A stretch of 64,000 bases of DNA, taken from contig OZ241832.1 of NCBI GenBank assembly GCA_965202585.1, positions 51,894,001 through 51,958,000 of the forward strand, given 5' to 3'. Shown here in pieces: positions 46,244-60,266 of the stretch (position 1 is the stretch's first letter; each line of letters begins with the position of its first letter). The position numbers and the translations under genes were made by a program. Under the pieces are notes generated by a model, which searched no databases, had not been told where the DNA came from, and saw nothing but the letters and a program-made list of their open reading frames with translations. The stretch is from Thalia democratica (lineage: Eukaryota).

Positions 46244-49200
46244 TCAACCTGAAATGTGGCCGCTTTTGGTGTCCCAGTCCAGCTTGTGGTTTGACTTGAC
46301 CCGGTACCTGACGTGGTACTGGTTCGGTTGATAGTTTTGTCGGTTCTTGTGTGCTGTTTGGGTCGTTGTCACTTGCAGGGGTTCCAATAACCCATCGTCG
46401 TCGTCAGTATAGCTGGTATGTATATATAAGTTTAAAGATTTTATAAAAAGTTTTGGTAGATAGTACTCGACAAATTGAATTGGAGCTAAATATTAATTTA
46501 ATTATATAAAAACAATAGTTTAGACAGCTGTTTCGTACATTAAATATAAAACTTTATGTGCTCCTCAGTAAGTAATAAACTGTAGCTTACTAAAGAGTAC
46601 ATGAAGTTTTATATTTCATGTACGAAACAGCTGTCTAAACTATTGTTTTTATATAATTAAATAAATATATATACATTTTTAAATAAAATAAATATAAAAA
46701 AGAATAGAGCTAAATTAACCATATAAATTTTCACTGAGCGCACTAAAAAACGCTTCTAAACAATTTATTTCAAATATAAAATTCAAGTTGTAAACTTCAA
46801 AAATAAAAACAGTATAATTGTTTCAAATTATAGCTTATCGCTATATTTCTAAACTAAACAAGTATATAAATTTTCTGGATAAATAAAAGGATAACAGTTG
46901 CTTTATAACTGATAAGCTCTAATGAAAAAAAAACATTGTACTTTAATTAATAACAATACGAAATAAACAAGTATTATTTTCAAGAATGAATTGTATTATG
47001 ATAGAAATTATTTAAATAAAATCTCGAAACTTGTATTGAAAACTGATATTGTTCAATTTAGGACTAAAAGTACAACATAAATAAATACTTTTTTATAAAA
47101 ATGTTTTGATGTTGAACACCATTGTCGGATATTTTGGTGCATCAGAAACTTTTTTAAAATAAACGGTTGAACTTGTTTAAAAATTGTTAAGGAAAATTCG
47201 TTTTTCGAACACGTACCGTTTAAAATGGTCTATTTTAGTTTAGCAACTCAGCTTAAAAGTTGTCTGAATTTAAGAAGTAATATATCCAAAAAATCTGCTT
47301 GTTTGTTATTAAAAAGTAAAAAAAAAACATGATTAATTTATGTTAAAATAAAACATTGTGTTTATAAGGAATGGATATTAAGTCTAGTGTACAAATGTAA
47401 GCGAAAAATGTCATCTGCAAAGCGACAACTAAATCATCAATGTTACATCAATTATTCAAACTAAAAACATTAAATATAACTTAAACATATTATTTGGAAA
47501 AATTTTTTTTTTTTTTTAAATAGCAAATATTTGTGAAGTTTAAATAGAAAAGCACAAATATACAATATAATTAGTTTTATTTGCATTTTAAGCTCCAAAA
47601 TACAACCGCAGACAATAAAAAATATTCCAAGTATTTAAATCATACAAAAAAATCTTTTTTCTTTAAGTTTTATTTTTTCAAAGTCTTATATAACTATTAA
47701 TTACCCGTTGATTCGAGGCTTGCTTCCCAAAATGTCGCTGGATTTTCTGTAGGAAGGCCGCCTTTTCACCTGCTTGTGGGGATTACCCTTCGTTCTGTCC
47801 AATCATAATGAAGTATTTAGGACATTTTTTTTATCAAAAACTAACAAAAGTGGAATGACTTGCAAAATTAATGTTAAATTTTTTAGGCAAGATAAAGTTA
47901 ATATTGAGTTTTATACCAAAAAGTGTAACTTTGTAAATAATAAATTCCTGCAAACAAAATTTAAAACGTTTATTTATTTAAACAACATTTAACATAACAC
48001 GAACTTGACTTCTGTGTAGGGGATGTCGAACTGATTCGCGAAACCTTCCATTTGAGTTTGTTCTTTTCTGTTACAAGTTAGTCAGTTTTTGAATTGTACA
48101 AAAGTTTTATTATGCAATAATGTACTTGTTTCTAATAAAAAAACCATTGCTTTCGAGTTTTAATCAAAAAAATATTTACACCACTGAAAATAACATTTTG
48201 CATATATTATTATAATGACGCTGATGTAAATGCAATAATGTTGATTGTTTAAATGTTATCACGACTACAAAAGATCTTAAACCATAGTATGTATAACATT
48301 TTACGTATATACTTTTTTAAATACAGTCAATTTAGTGTGCTTAGAATTGTTTCTCATTGAGAAACAATTCTTAACCAACTTTATAAACTGCTAAGATAAT
48401 ATAATTAGGTAGCTTTTGAAAAAAAAACGACAAATATAAAATATTTTTAGCAAAATAATAATTTTTTTTTTTGGGTTATGTTTAGTTCTGCCTAATTTAA
48501 AGTTACAGGTTGTATTTTGTAGTCAATAAACTTTAACATTAACAAAATTATGACTTTTTATTTATAACAACAAAAATTAGCAGTTCATATATTTTCGTTA
48601 CTACTAGAATTAAAAATCAAACATACCCTTGATTTAAAAAAAATTACTTCAATATAATATTTTTTTTGATAAAGCACAAAACGTTAGTTAATAAAATAAA
48701 AAAATAAAAATTAATAAAAGAGCTTGTAGCACTTTAAAGAGCTTTTATTTATTTAAATTTTCATGTTATAACAAGTGTAAAAAAAACACGTTTATGCAAT
48801 ACTTTTAACAGTCTTAATACTTTTAGTAAGTAAATAAAACATCAATTAAGCCAGTAACAGTTTAAAACATGTTAAAAAAAAGATTTTATTCACACAAGCT
48901 TAAAACGAAAGTTACAACTGACCTGATGTGTTCCCATAGCTGTTGCTTGGCTAGCTCACTGGTGTAAGAAGACCTGGTAGTTTTTAATATTAATGAAAAT
49001 TTGCCAACTTTTGCCAGGTGGAAGTCAGAAAAATAAACTTAATTAGAACCAGGATTCTATGTTTAGTAAAGAAATTTAAACTTGCGTTGATAAAAACATT
49101 GTAAACTTGATTTAAAATAAAGCACAATTTTTTTTTTGAAAATGTTGTTGCAAGAAAAGAAAACATATATAAAAAAAACTTTAGTTCTGCACAATTCGAG

Positions 49201-52200
49201 GTTACAAACTAAAAAAATTTGATAATAATTTTTACAAAAGTTCGGTAATATTTCATATGAAAACTAATGGATAAATTAGTTTTTACTTTACTTGTTAATA
49301 TGAAAAGCTCACATAAATTAACTAAATAAAAAATTGAGCTAACAAAAGAGTTGCAGAATTTTTGTCAATCAATTTTACTATGTTTTGTGCATGGTGAAAA
49401 AACGAAAAGTTTTAGTTACATGAAAATATTTAATAAAAAAACTTCTAAAATATATTTTAAACCATTTAAGAATAAATTTAAAACATGATAGTCTTTTCTA
49501 TGAAGATTACTTTCTTAAATTGTTTCTTTTTCTTCTTAAATTAAAAAGTTTACACAAAAAGTTTTGTAAACAAATTGAGCTGGATAAAAAAGTTTCAGAA
49601 TTTTCTTCTGTTCTGACAATGTTTATAAACTTAAACAACAAAGTTTTATTTGTATGGAAACTTAAGATCTTTTTTTTATTGCACACTGTTAGCAAACCTC
49701 TTGTTATTCGGTTTATGATGTCGGTACGACTTCTTATTCGTAATTTGAGTGTCAATTCTGTTTATCATTTCGCTATCGGTAAAATACTGATTTGGCCTCC
49801 TGAATACAATAAAATTAAAATAAATTAATAGAAAACTTTGCAGATAAATTTAAAAAAAATTGGACTTTTAAGACGTTAAAACTTGATAATATGTTATAAT
49901 ATTACATAAAATAACAAATAAAATTTAAAGAAAAGTGTAAAATACTTTTACATACATTCACACATAACAAAAATAGTTTTAATTAAATTTTACAGACTAA
50001 ATATCAATAGATTTCTCAAATACCTCCTAGTAGTGTTGTGATCCCTGTACTGTCTGTTTCTTCTCGCCCTTATCCTTCTCTTGCTGGGACTGTCAGATTC
50101 TTCACCGCTGGATCTACCGCGCGATCTGTGCATGTTTGTAGAATAAATATCTTATTGGTTTTATTAATACTTTTTTGATCTTGGAAACTATACATATTTA
50201 GTTCTGGTATAAGAATTAAATTGATAAGTTTGCTTGTATAATGAATATTTCATTGATTTTACTAATAATTTTTTGATCTAAAAATTGAGTTGTTTAATAT
50301 TTTTTCAAGATTTAAATCTAGCTTAGTCATCGGAATGTACAGTCAAGAAAAAGTCTTAAATAAAAAAAAGCAGTAAGTTTTTGACGTATGCAATTATCAG
50401 GGTTGTCACTGGTTTTTGAGAAATTTTTTAGAGATTTTCTGAATTTCTTTTAAAAGTACACGTTTATAAGTCTAACATCTTTATAAGTTAGTTTAAAGTT
50501 AAGTTTAAGGTTAAAAACTGTTTTAAATAGTATAACGACATTGAAAAAGTACGTGTAAGCTGCTTTAAATAAGTTTTTTAATGAAATAAAAATTTGATGA
50601 TGACAAAAAACTTTATGTAAATGATAGATTTTTTGTGTCAAATAAATATTTGACCACTTATTAGTAAAATCATTTAAAATTCCTGGGTTTTTAGTGATTT
50701 TTGTTTAAAATTCTAGTTTTTTTTAGCCTATATTGTCAAATTCCAGGTTTTTCTAGGATTCTAGGTTTTGTTGCAACCCTGAATTCTTCCTCTACTTGAA
50801 AATCTGAACAAAAAATATTTGCTTACTACTCAGCTGTTTGCAGTATTTCTGATAGTGTTAAATAAAATCAAGAAACAATAAAAAATGTTTTACTTAAAAG
50901 CAAGAAAGTGTACACTTTTACATATAATTATATTGTAGTTATACTATATAATACTTTTCCAAATAACATTGATATTCAACATGTTTCTGGTTAGATTGTT
51001 GTCTAGATTGTTGTCGCTCAAGGCTTAAGACATACAATATTAGGAAAACTAGCTTATCTAAAAAAACATATCTAACAGCTCACAGTCTGTAGTTCTATTA
51101 AAATTACATCTAAAACTTTTTTATTTATTTTTGTTTTACCAACCTGTTCCTGGACCTCTGATGGGATTCGTTGTCGCTCAAGGCCTGCTTGTGCCGGTGG
51201 TGTCGCTGTTTGCGCTCGCTAGTGGGCGTCATGTACCGCGAAGCGTTGAACATCGAGCTGCGTCGTTAGTAAATGTTTGTTATTATTATTTAAAATGTAC
51301 ATAAATAGTTAAGGTAGTTGAATTTTTTTTTCAAATTTTGTTACGCGAACAAAGTTTCGTTCGAAGAACTTATCTGAATAAATAATTCTGAAAATGCATA
51401 ACAGTCATGAAACATGTTAGTTGAGTCATTTGACATTAGCTAAAAGAGTTGTGGAAACAAGACTAGTTCGTTTTGTATTACGAGAAATTTGTTAAATGGT
51501 GTAATTAAAATTTTATTCAGCTAAACTTGTTTACAACAAAATTCATAAAGACTTAAAACTATTACAAAACGCTGGAATACAACAGCGAAAAGTCTGCGAA
51601 TATGTTATATGCGAAATAACAAAAATACTTGTTAATAATGAAACTATAGCTTAGTAGATAGCTTTTAAAATAGTTAAAAAAAAACTATTGAAACTTAATT
51701 TACAGACGAAAAACCGCAGAATAAGAATGTTCATAAATAACCACAGTTTAGCTTTGTGTAAATTAATGTGACAAAATGTTTGCTTTACATTATTTATTAT
51801 GGGCGTTGTTAATACTACTAATCTGCAACACTTGCTACCAAGATAAGTATAATGATTTGTTGAAGAATTATATTAGTACATATACAAGATTTCATAAAGT
51901 TTTAGAGACTGTAAAACATTAACTGTATAGACAAAACGAGAACTTTTATAAAAATGTTGTTTAAAAGAATAATTAACTTTCCATTATCGTACAGGTAATA
52001 AATTCAACAAACAAACAAATATGAGAAACATAAATTACATTTTAAGTCGAAAAAAGATGTTTATTTGTTTACTTTTAAGTTATGATCATAAAAACAATCT
52101 TTGGAAAAATTACAGTAAAGGTCAACTAAACTAATTCTGTAGCTAAGTGAAATAATTTAATTTCAAAAACACAACACTATTCAATTTAAAAAAAGTTGAA

Positions 52201-55200
52201 TGACTTATTCAAATTAAGCTAACCTACTTATAGAATTTCTTAAAATCAGATATGTAAGTGGGTGGAATAACTTTTAGACTTTATAGATAAAATCTTGAGA
52301 ACAATTAGATACATCTTAAATAGAAAATAAAAATATTCATTAAAAACATCAGCACAAATTTAATTTTTTAACTATGACTTTAAACTATCTTAAGTTTTGT
52401 TCTACTAAATAATTAATAGACAATGAAAAAACAAACCCATTATCATTGACTTGGTAAGTGTTTACATTTTCGTTATTTTCAGGAACACTTTTGTTTTCAG
52501 CTTCTAATTTGTAAACCTCTGGTTGCGGATTAACTGTGAAATTAAAAAGTAAGCTCATTGAAGTTTATCGTTTCTAGGTAGTATTTTTCATAAAAAATTC
52601 AAACAACTAGACTTCATAGCTTTTTTAAAATGAGTTTTTTAAGAAAACTATACAGATGTGCATCAATGTTAAACTTTATGAAATACACGTCAACAAGAAT
52701 GAATAGCTTGAAGTAGTTTATAAAAAAGTCAATTAAAGATTTTAAAAAAGTTGACGTCTAAATAATATTTTTTTTTCAGAAATAAAGAACTATTTAAGAT
52801 TATAATTGTATATATAACATACTAAATAAAAAATCATGATTTAAAAAACAGTAACTTAATCATACTTGTTACATTTTCGTTGCGATTCTGTTGAACTCTC
52901 GGCGGGTACCTCTTACTGCTCAACCTGACAACTTCATATTGGTCGTCTGAATCCTTTGATCTGTAAATATTTGCATAAATTAAACTTCGACTTTTTCATC
53001 TTGTTTAAATTTATTATCTGAACACTAAAATCAAGAGCTGAACTACTAAACAAAAGTGATTGACTTTTTGACTTACGTAGCTTTTATCAACTTGTTTATA
53101 ACTTTTATCAGTATATTTATAAAGTGTTACTTAATAATACGCTTAACTACAACTTAAAAAAAAGCATGTTTAATGTTCATAGAAAAAAAATCAAAAAGAC
53201 AGTATAAGTTAGATAACTGTGACTAAAAAAACATCGAATAAGCTAAAACTATAAGTCTTTTTTTCAGTGTTGTCAACTAAGCAAATAGAAAGTTTTGTAT
53301 AACAGTGAGTTAATTGATTATTACATTATATAAATTAGGATGAATTAATTAAAATTTTCAAATTAGGGTCTTTTTTATCAAAGAAAACTCACAACCTATA
53401 ATTGTTAACTAGTAAAAATCAACACTAAATTATTTCACGACGTCACTAACTCGTATCGTGACGTCATGGCGTGGAAGTGCAGGTGGGACCTGATGACGTT
53501 GCACACTGACGTCACGTCGTGGTCACAGTGGAACGTGTGGGTCGCTGATTGGCCGTTCTTGCTCATCACTTCCACTTGCAGTTGCGCGTTTTTGCTCTTC
53601 ACCACCAGCACCTGCGGCCTGTACGACCAATTGTTTTGTTATTTCAGGTAAATCAGTGTTTTTATTAATTTACATTTATCATTAATTTAAATTACTTATC
53701 GATATAGTTTACATGTGCTTTATAAGGAGTTATTAGTTTATATTTAGACTGCATAATTTTAATACTAGTGCTTGAAAGTTTTGTATCAGAAAATAAAAAA
53801 AGTAAAGTGTAGTTCCGTCATCTTGGCGTTGTGGTTAACATTTATACATATTTTATTTTTTTCTCAATATTTAATCAATCAGTAACGAGATAATGATGTT
53901 TCGGAACATCAATAAATATAGAATTAGTCAAAAGAGTATTTTAAAAAGAATAAACTATATATATTTTTTTTTGCTTGTTAATAATTAATGAGCCTTTTCA
54001 AATTCATCATCTTCAGATGAGCAATTTGAAAATAATTTATTAGTTTGTATAAAAGTGATTTTTTGAAATAGATAAAAAGTCTAATCTCAGAGTTAAATAA
54101 AAATTATGTATTTAAAAAAGTAACACACATTTTTCTTTAATTAGATGTTCTGTTTAAGATTTTAACAAAATTACTTTATGAAATACATTATTTTTCTAAA
54201 GCTGTTTACATTCAACTTAAAGCAAAAATACGTAAATATAATTAAGTCATTAAAATGCAAAGTTACTTGAGTTCAACAAAAACACATGAACTTATGATGT
54301 TTTGAAAACATAAAAAAACACATTTAAATACAATTGAGAATATATGACTAGAGTTGTTTTCAAAACAAAAATTAACTTATGTTTAAGTTGACCTGCCAAC
54401 ATATGACTACTTTTCATTCGACGTGTGAAAAAACAAACATCATAAAAATTAGAATAAAATAAGTTTTCAAGTCATAAAAACAGTAAATTTTAAGAAAAAA
54501 ACTTTAAAGTTTATCCTCAAATAGTTAGCTGCACGAGGATTACTTCATATATATATATATATATATAATTAAGTTATTTAACTTGATAAATCAAATCTAA
54601 TAATTTATTATTTTTGAGAATAAACAATTACTCAGTTTCACCGCAGAGCGGATTTTCAAATTGTAAATCTGTAGTAAAATAATAATGTTAAAAATGACAA
54701 ATAATTAAAAATTGGTTTGAGTTAAGTTTATATACAAAAAAAATTAATAAATAAATTAAAAATTATATTGATGCAAAACAACTTTTAATTTAAAAACTAT
54801 CAAATTATAGTCTACAAACAATACAATTAAACCATAGTATACAGTGGGGTATTGATATCTAATGGATTTAAAAAGATAAAAACTTTTACAGAGTTAGAAG
54901 TTATGGAGTAGTAGATACATATTATTAAGCACACAGTTCTAATAATAAATTAATAATGTATTAATGTTCAAAATAAAACCTGGGAGTAAACATTAAAAAT
55001 TTTTATGAAAGCATTGTTGTTGTTGTTAACACAGTTGTATTGTGATGACAAAGAATAAAATGGCTTTTTGTGAAAAATACTAGATAAGCGAAAAATAGAA
55101 TGAGGGTTAGATTTCAGATGTTGAATTTAAAAAATAAGATAAAAAATATAAAAATTAAAATTAGTGTAGAGATAATCAAAGAGAGTAAAAATTATATTTG

Positions 55201-58200
55201 TTCTAAACTCTATAGTTAAATCAAATCTATACACTGAGCCCACCTTATGGGCTTTATTAATAATAAAGCCTTCAGTTTTGAAGCTGATGAGTGCATAAGC
55301 ACGAAACTAAGTCCTTCAAGTTTTACATCTTGAAATAAATCTTTATATATATGTATATATATACATGTTCGTTTTTAAACCTAATAAACAAACATAGTAT
55401 AGCTTAGAAGTCTATATAATATTTCTTATGTGCTTAAAGTCTCAAAATCACTTAAATAATCAACTGTTATGAGATCGAAAAGATATAACTATAAAATTAG
55501 TTCAACATTTTTGGTCAATACTTGTATCTTGTAACAAGAGTGGAGAGAAAAAAGATGATAAATAGATTTAACACTACTTGAATACTTAATTATAATGAGT
55601 AAACAAAGTATAGCTATAAATTAAAAGTAAATTTTTTGTTATCTAAATTTTTTAAGTGACATCATGTACAAACTTTCCTATTTTGAGTTTATTAGTATTA
55701 TCAACAAATAAATACTTCGCTTGCTTTTGATAAACTTTTAAATTTTAGAAAAACCATAAACTCTAATAGTTAAACATTTTATTTGATTGTTCAAAATTAT
55801 AGTTTATCTAACAAAGTTTAAAAATTAAGTTTAACTAAAAATCATTATATAAACAATAAAGGGTAAAACAGCTTATATACGGAGGAAAATAAAAGTATTA
55901 TAGTTTAAAAAAAAACGCTAAAAAGTACGGCAAACTGCCACATGCAGTGCCTTGCGTGGAGGTGCATTTGCCAACTCATTGCTTGGACGACCCGAAAGGA
56001 GTAAAGCTCCTGCTGAGAATTAAACGTAATATTCAACTAATTAGAACTTTAATTTACCTTTTAAGCAACGAAAGTGATTTTAATTTTGAGGTGATTGAGA
56101 TGAGACGTCCCTCGACCGAGCGCGAAGCATCGGGAGGGAAATGGAGAGAAAGTGAAATCTTGGAGGGAGAAACTCTGAGGGCGACAAACACCGTTCAGAT
56201 CAGCAAGTTTTAAATGGAACGCGATCGATGACTTAGAAGTGGCCCGCCGGCACCTCCGTTAAATACAGATAGATAGCTAGTAAATATACGCGTCGGTTGT
56301 GCTTGCGTCGAGCGTTTGCGAATTCATTTTGTGACGTACAATTTTGAGAGAGCTAAAGTTAGTGAAAAGTTTTCAAAAAAGAGAGTGTTTAAGTAAGTGT
56401 TAGATATTTCTCTTTAACTAACATAATACAACTTAGTCTATAATACTACGCTAGACCTAAATACAAAGCTTATATAAAATGTTTACAGCTCAATATAGTT
56501 TAATAAAAATTACTTTACTAAAACTATACAATTGATTGCAGAAACAAGTTTTTCACGACTAGTTTAAACATTATATGTGTTTTTGAAGATGTATAAATTA
56601 TTGTTCAGAATATTCAAAGTAAACAACTGTTTTTTATTTCAATTAAATAAACAGAAAGTACTAGACTAGTATCAGTATTTATTTTTAGCTAACTTTAAGA
56701 TTTTTCATGTAAACTTATTTTGAACAAGATAACTTGGTTTTTATTAGTTAAAAACTAAGTTTTAGATTAATTTACTTAATTTAAACTACCTTAAAATTTA
56801 GTGACTACGTTTGTTTTGGTTAAAAAACTATCTTTTTTTAAATAAAAAGATAGTTTACACCATCTATTTTCAAGGTATAAGTGATATGTGCAATTTATAA
56901 AGTTTAAACTATTATTTAATAATTTATTCTGAAAAAAAAAACATACACTTTTATACGAAAAACCTAAAGCTTTTATAGTTTATTAAAATAATTTTAAAAC
57001 CCTAAAAAAGATTATAGAGATTATTACACTCATTATTTAAGTAAATATGTAAACATACTCGGAACTATGTTTAAAACTATCTGAGTATTATGTTTTGTAT
57101 ATACTATTCAGGCTTGTACTGACAAAAAAAAATTATGTTTATAAATTTTATTTATATATAGATTAAATTGTTTTACGTTTAGTTAAACGTCACTAAATGT
57201 TTGAAATATCTACTAGTTCAGCTTCATAATATGAAAAATTAAAAAAAAAAACAGTTTGTTAGTTTAAGTCCGGTACACACTAAAACTAAAATATTTTTTT
57301 TATTTTAGTAGGAACCCTAAAAGTGTGTTTAAATGGTTCTGTAGGCTTAGTTCAATCCATTTTATTTTATCTAAATTTTATTAATTTTTTTTACTTTATT
57401 TTAGATTATTAAAAATCTGTCAAGTAAAAAAAAACATAATCTAGCATACGTTTAACTACGAGGTAAACCTGAAATTTTTTCTAGGGGTGCAATGTAATTC
57501 AGTGCAATGAAAAAGGTTCAGTTTTATTTCAAATTGAAAACTTTGGCCTTTAAACTATTTTCAATTACTTCATCGCTCGTGAAAATTTTGTGCAATTATT
57601 ATTTTAAGTTACATGCAAACACTTTAAAGCTCTTCAGTTGTCAAACTTAAAAAATAAAAACCTTTTTATTTATTATTATTTTTTTAAAGTATTTAATCTT
57701 TTTAAATTTCAGCTATCAAAAATAATTTTTATTTGCACTTTTTTTATACTAACATCAAAAAGTTTTATGCGTACAACTGTTTTCATTACTTACAACATTT
57801 CGTATAAGCACATCAAATTGGTATACTATCAAAATCCACCCAATTTTTTAAATATTTTACTTATTTATCAAATAATTTTATATATTTTTTGCATTTTGTT
57901 ATTTTTTATTTATTAACTTTTCACTATCACTATTACCCCTAACTCTTACCCTCGATCGGTAAACGGTTCTCGAATTTGACTGGGTGGATTTTGAACGTGT
58001 CCCCATCAAATTAGTTATTATTTTCGATTGGTTTCAAAAATTTAAACCAAGCAATTATTTTCAATTTGAAAAAATGTGAAAGAAGTTATGGTCAATTACG
58101 ACTGCCATAAATCAAAGCATATCATTTACGAGTATTTTCTTTTTTTTTTTTTAACTATTCTTAAGTTTTTATCAGTAGTACACCCTTTAGTTATTTTGCC

Positions 58201-60266
58201 AAAAATTTAATTCTCAGATGTAAGTATTTTATTATACAGTCATGCTTACAATGAGTATTAAATTCATAAAAAAGTTTAGAACTTTTAAGACACAAACGAT
58301 AATTTTAGTATTCAATACCTGTACAGATAAATTTCATATACAAAAAAGCACAGTTTTAGTATTTTTTAATTAAGACTTCTTATTCGTTTTAATAATTATC
58401 AAAAAAAAATAAACAAACTGAGATAAGTATTTAAAAACTGCTACTAGTTCCTTCGTTGTTACAAATTTTAAAAGTATATTTCAAACCCAGGTTATTTTAG
58501 TACAAATATATTCATTCTTATGAGCTTTTTAGGGTCACTTCTGTTGTGCGAAACAAACTGAAAAAGTGCGAAAAAGTTTTAAATTGAATACTCTAACTGA
58601 TAGTTATCTTTTAAATAACTAGACATTTTTTCATGGTTCGAAACCAATATTACCTATCCAAATATACAGATTGCATGATCATGATAACTAGTGAAAACAT
58701 ATGATATTTCTTTTACCTAACATTAAAATACAAAAATATTTACTCGTAAATAAAGAAACTTTAAGAAAAAAACAAGCGCGTCCTTTTCGAAGTTAAACTT
58801 AAAGTTTTGCAAAACATTTTGTTGAAAAACATTTATCACAATAACAAAAAAAAAAACAAGACAACTTTAAACCAACTTTAACCTTAAATAAAGTTGTTCA
58901 GTGTTTTAGTTAAAAGGAGTATAGCTCATAAAAAACTTTGACATTGCCTTTCGAAGTCTTTGGGTACCAAGGTCTAACATGAAGCCTATGAATTAAAGAA
59001 TACAACCATAATAGCACTTTTATTGCATACTTAAGCTAGATTTATAAAGTATTTATACTAAAAGAAAGTATGATAATACGAAAAAAAGCTACAAAGTTTT
59101 TCAAGACCGAGAGAAATTGTACTTATTGATCAGAAAATTCAAATAATAAAAAGCATATATCAATTAAAAAAACAAATTTAGTTTTTGTAATAAACTTAAA
59201 ACGTAAGTGGGTTTTTTCATTAATGAAAAAGCCTTTTTTTTGACAATGTTAAATAAATTAAAACTTTTTTGACAAAAAATAACATATCACTTTACACGAA
59301 AATCGTTTAAACTTCAACAATATATTGAAAGTACAAACTAAGTTTATTAGTTAATAAATAAAAGCCATTATAATCTTAAGAGCATAGTCATTTGTCTTTT
59401 ATACCTTATTTAATGCTTTTTCTAAAAACATATTTATTATAAATTAGTACTTAGTTTTTCCTTTCTTGGCTCATAACAATCCATAAAGGTGTAAATTTTT
59501 TAATCACAGTTTAAAAATATAAGTTACAAAACATATTTGTTGCTTCTATATCATTAAGCCAACACACGACTTATAAAAGCATACTTCACTTGTATTAAGT
59601 AAGGAACACTTATTTTAACATACATTAAAGTATCTTAAATAGTATTTTATCAATTTAAATTTTTCAAAATCACTATTTGAATAAGACTGTGAATTATTAC
59701 TATACCATTTCTAGAAAAAAAAGCTCTTAGTCATGAAATATTTTTTAAATTAATGCTTTTATAGTTCAAAACTTTTGACCCTTTTAGATGACGTAAAACT
59801 AAAACTAAATATTGTAGTAATATACAATATACATAAGACTTTAACTTAATTATACAAAACATTTTACAAGTTTATTACATAATTATTAATAAATACTGAC
59901 AGATTTAAGAAGTTAAAAGTGTTTTTGAAGTAAAACCTTTTTTATTGAAATAAATGTGGTGCTAACTATCAAATGAAATTGATAACTTAAATAGAACAAA
60001 AACACCTATGTTTTATCTTAAATCTTTAAATGTGAGTTTAGTTAATGTTCTTTAATAATAATAAATAAAACAAAACTGACCAGTAGAAAATGCTGACGCG
60101 TCGCTTGTTCTTGAAAGTTTCGATGCCGCGCGGCGAAAGTCCAATTTGGTACTCTGTCGTGTTGGAGGAATCCCTGAACTTGGAACCGATCAGCTCCACC
60201 CCGTACAAGTCCACCTGCTTGCACTTTTTCAGGTACTTGATCTCCGCACCGGCCGGCGTCAACCCG
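46244..60266 (-). CDS. EPB41L4A: Band 4.1-like FERM protein, 3' portion (5' exons beyond the window end); exons 60266-60081, 53618-53451, 52960-52866, 52533-52437, 51257-51144, 50125-50024, 48973-48923, 48067-48005, 47794-47705, 46412-46244
   Basis: FERM F2/F3 motifs GLTPAGAEIKYL...LYGVEL...IGLSPRGI...FYW|PQV...HTFHC. C-terminal blocks AKQQLWEHI, DIPYTEVKTKGNP and LLEPLQVT recall EPB41L4A (AKEELWKHI, EIPYTKIETQGDP, LVPPLPVT). Phases are consistent. The last exon may splice once more. Confidence 0.8.
46496..46662. repeat. 167-bp foldback (MITE-like) with perfect 45-bp arms
   Basis: 46496-46540 is the exact reverse complement of 46618-46662, and the inner arms pair imperfectly. Confidence 0.9.
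50398..50781. mobile_element. Same MITE family, copy 3 (in a FERM-gene intron)
   Basis: CAGGGTTGTCAC...TTGCAACCCTG with the shared internal body. Flanks are AATTAT / AATTCT. Confidence 0.8.
54632..56345 (-). other. Candidate internal promoter and alternative 5' exons of the FERM gene (..56058; 56012-55929; 54668-54632)
   Basis: CpG-rich island in a 6.4-kb intron with well-formed donor/acceptor pairs. The second and third exons are stop-free in the frame that joins the 53618 exon, but have no in-frame ATG. Confidence 0.45.
55277..55320 (+). ncRNA. Minimal type I hammerhead ribozyme motif
   Basis: Stem I TTTGAAG / CTTCAAG, CTGATGA (55284-55290), stem II GTGC-ATAA-GCAC, GAAA, stem III ACT-A-AGT and triplet GTC (predicted cleavage after 55313). 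Confidence 0.88.

Noticed and set aside
58911-58985. Candidate FERM exon sharing a 14/16 match (ELYSF) with 55994-56009
   Set aside because: All frames stop, and the true next exon is 53618. The match is probably chance.
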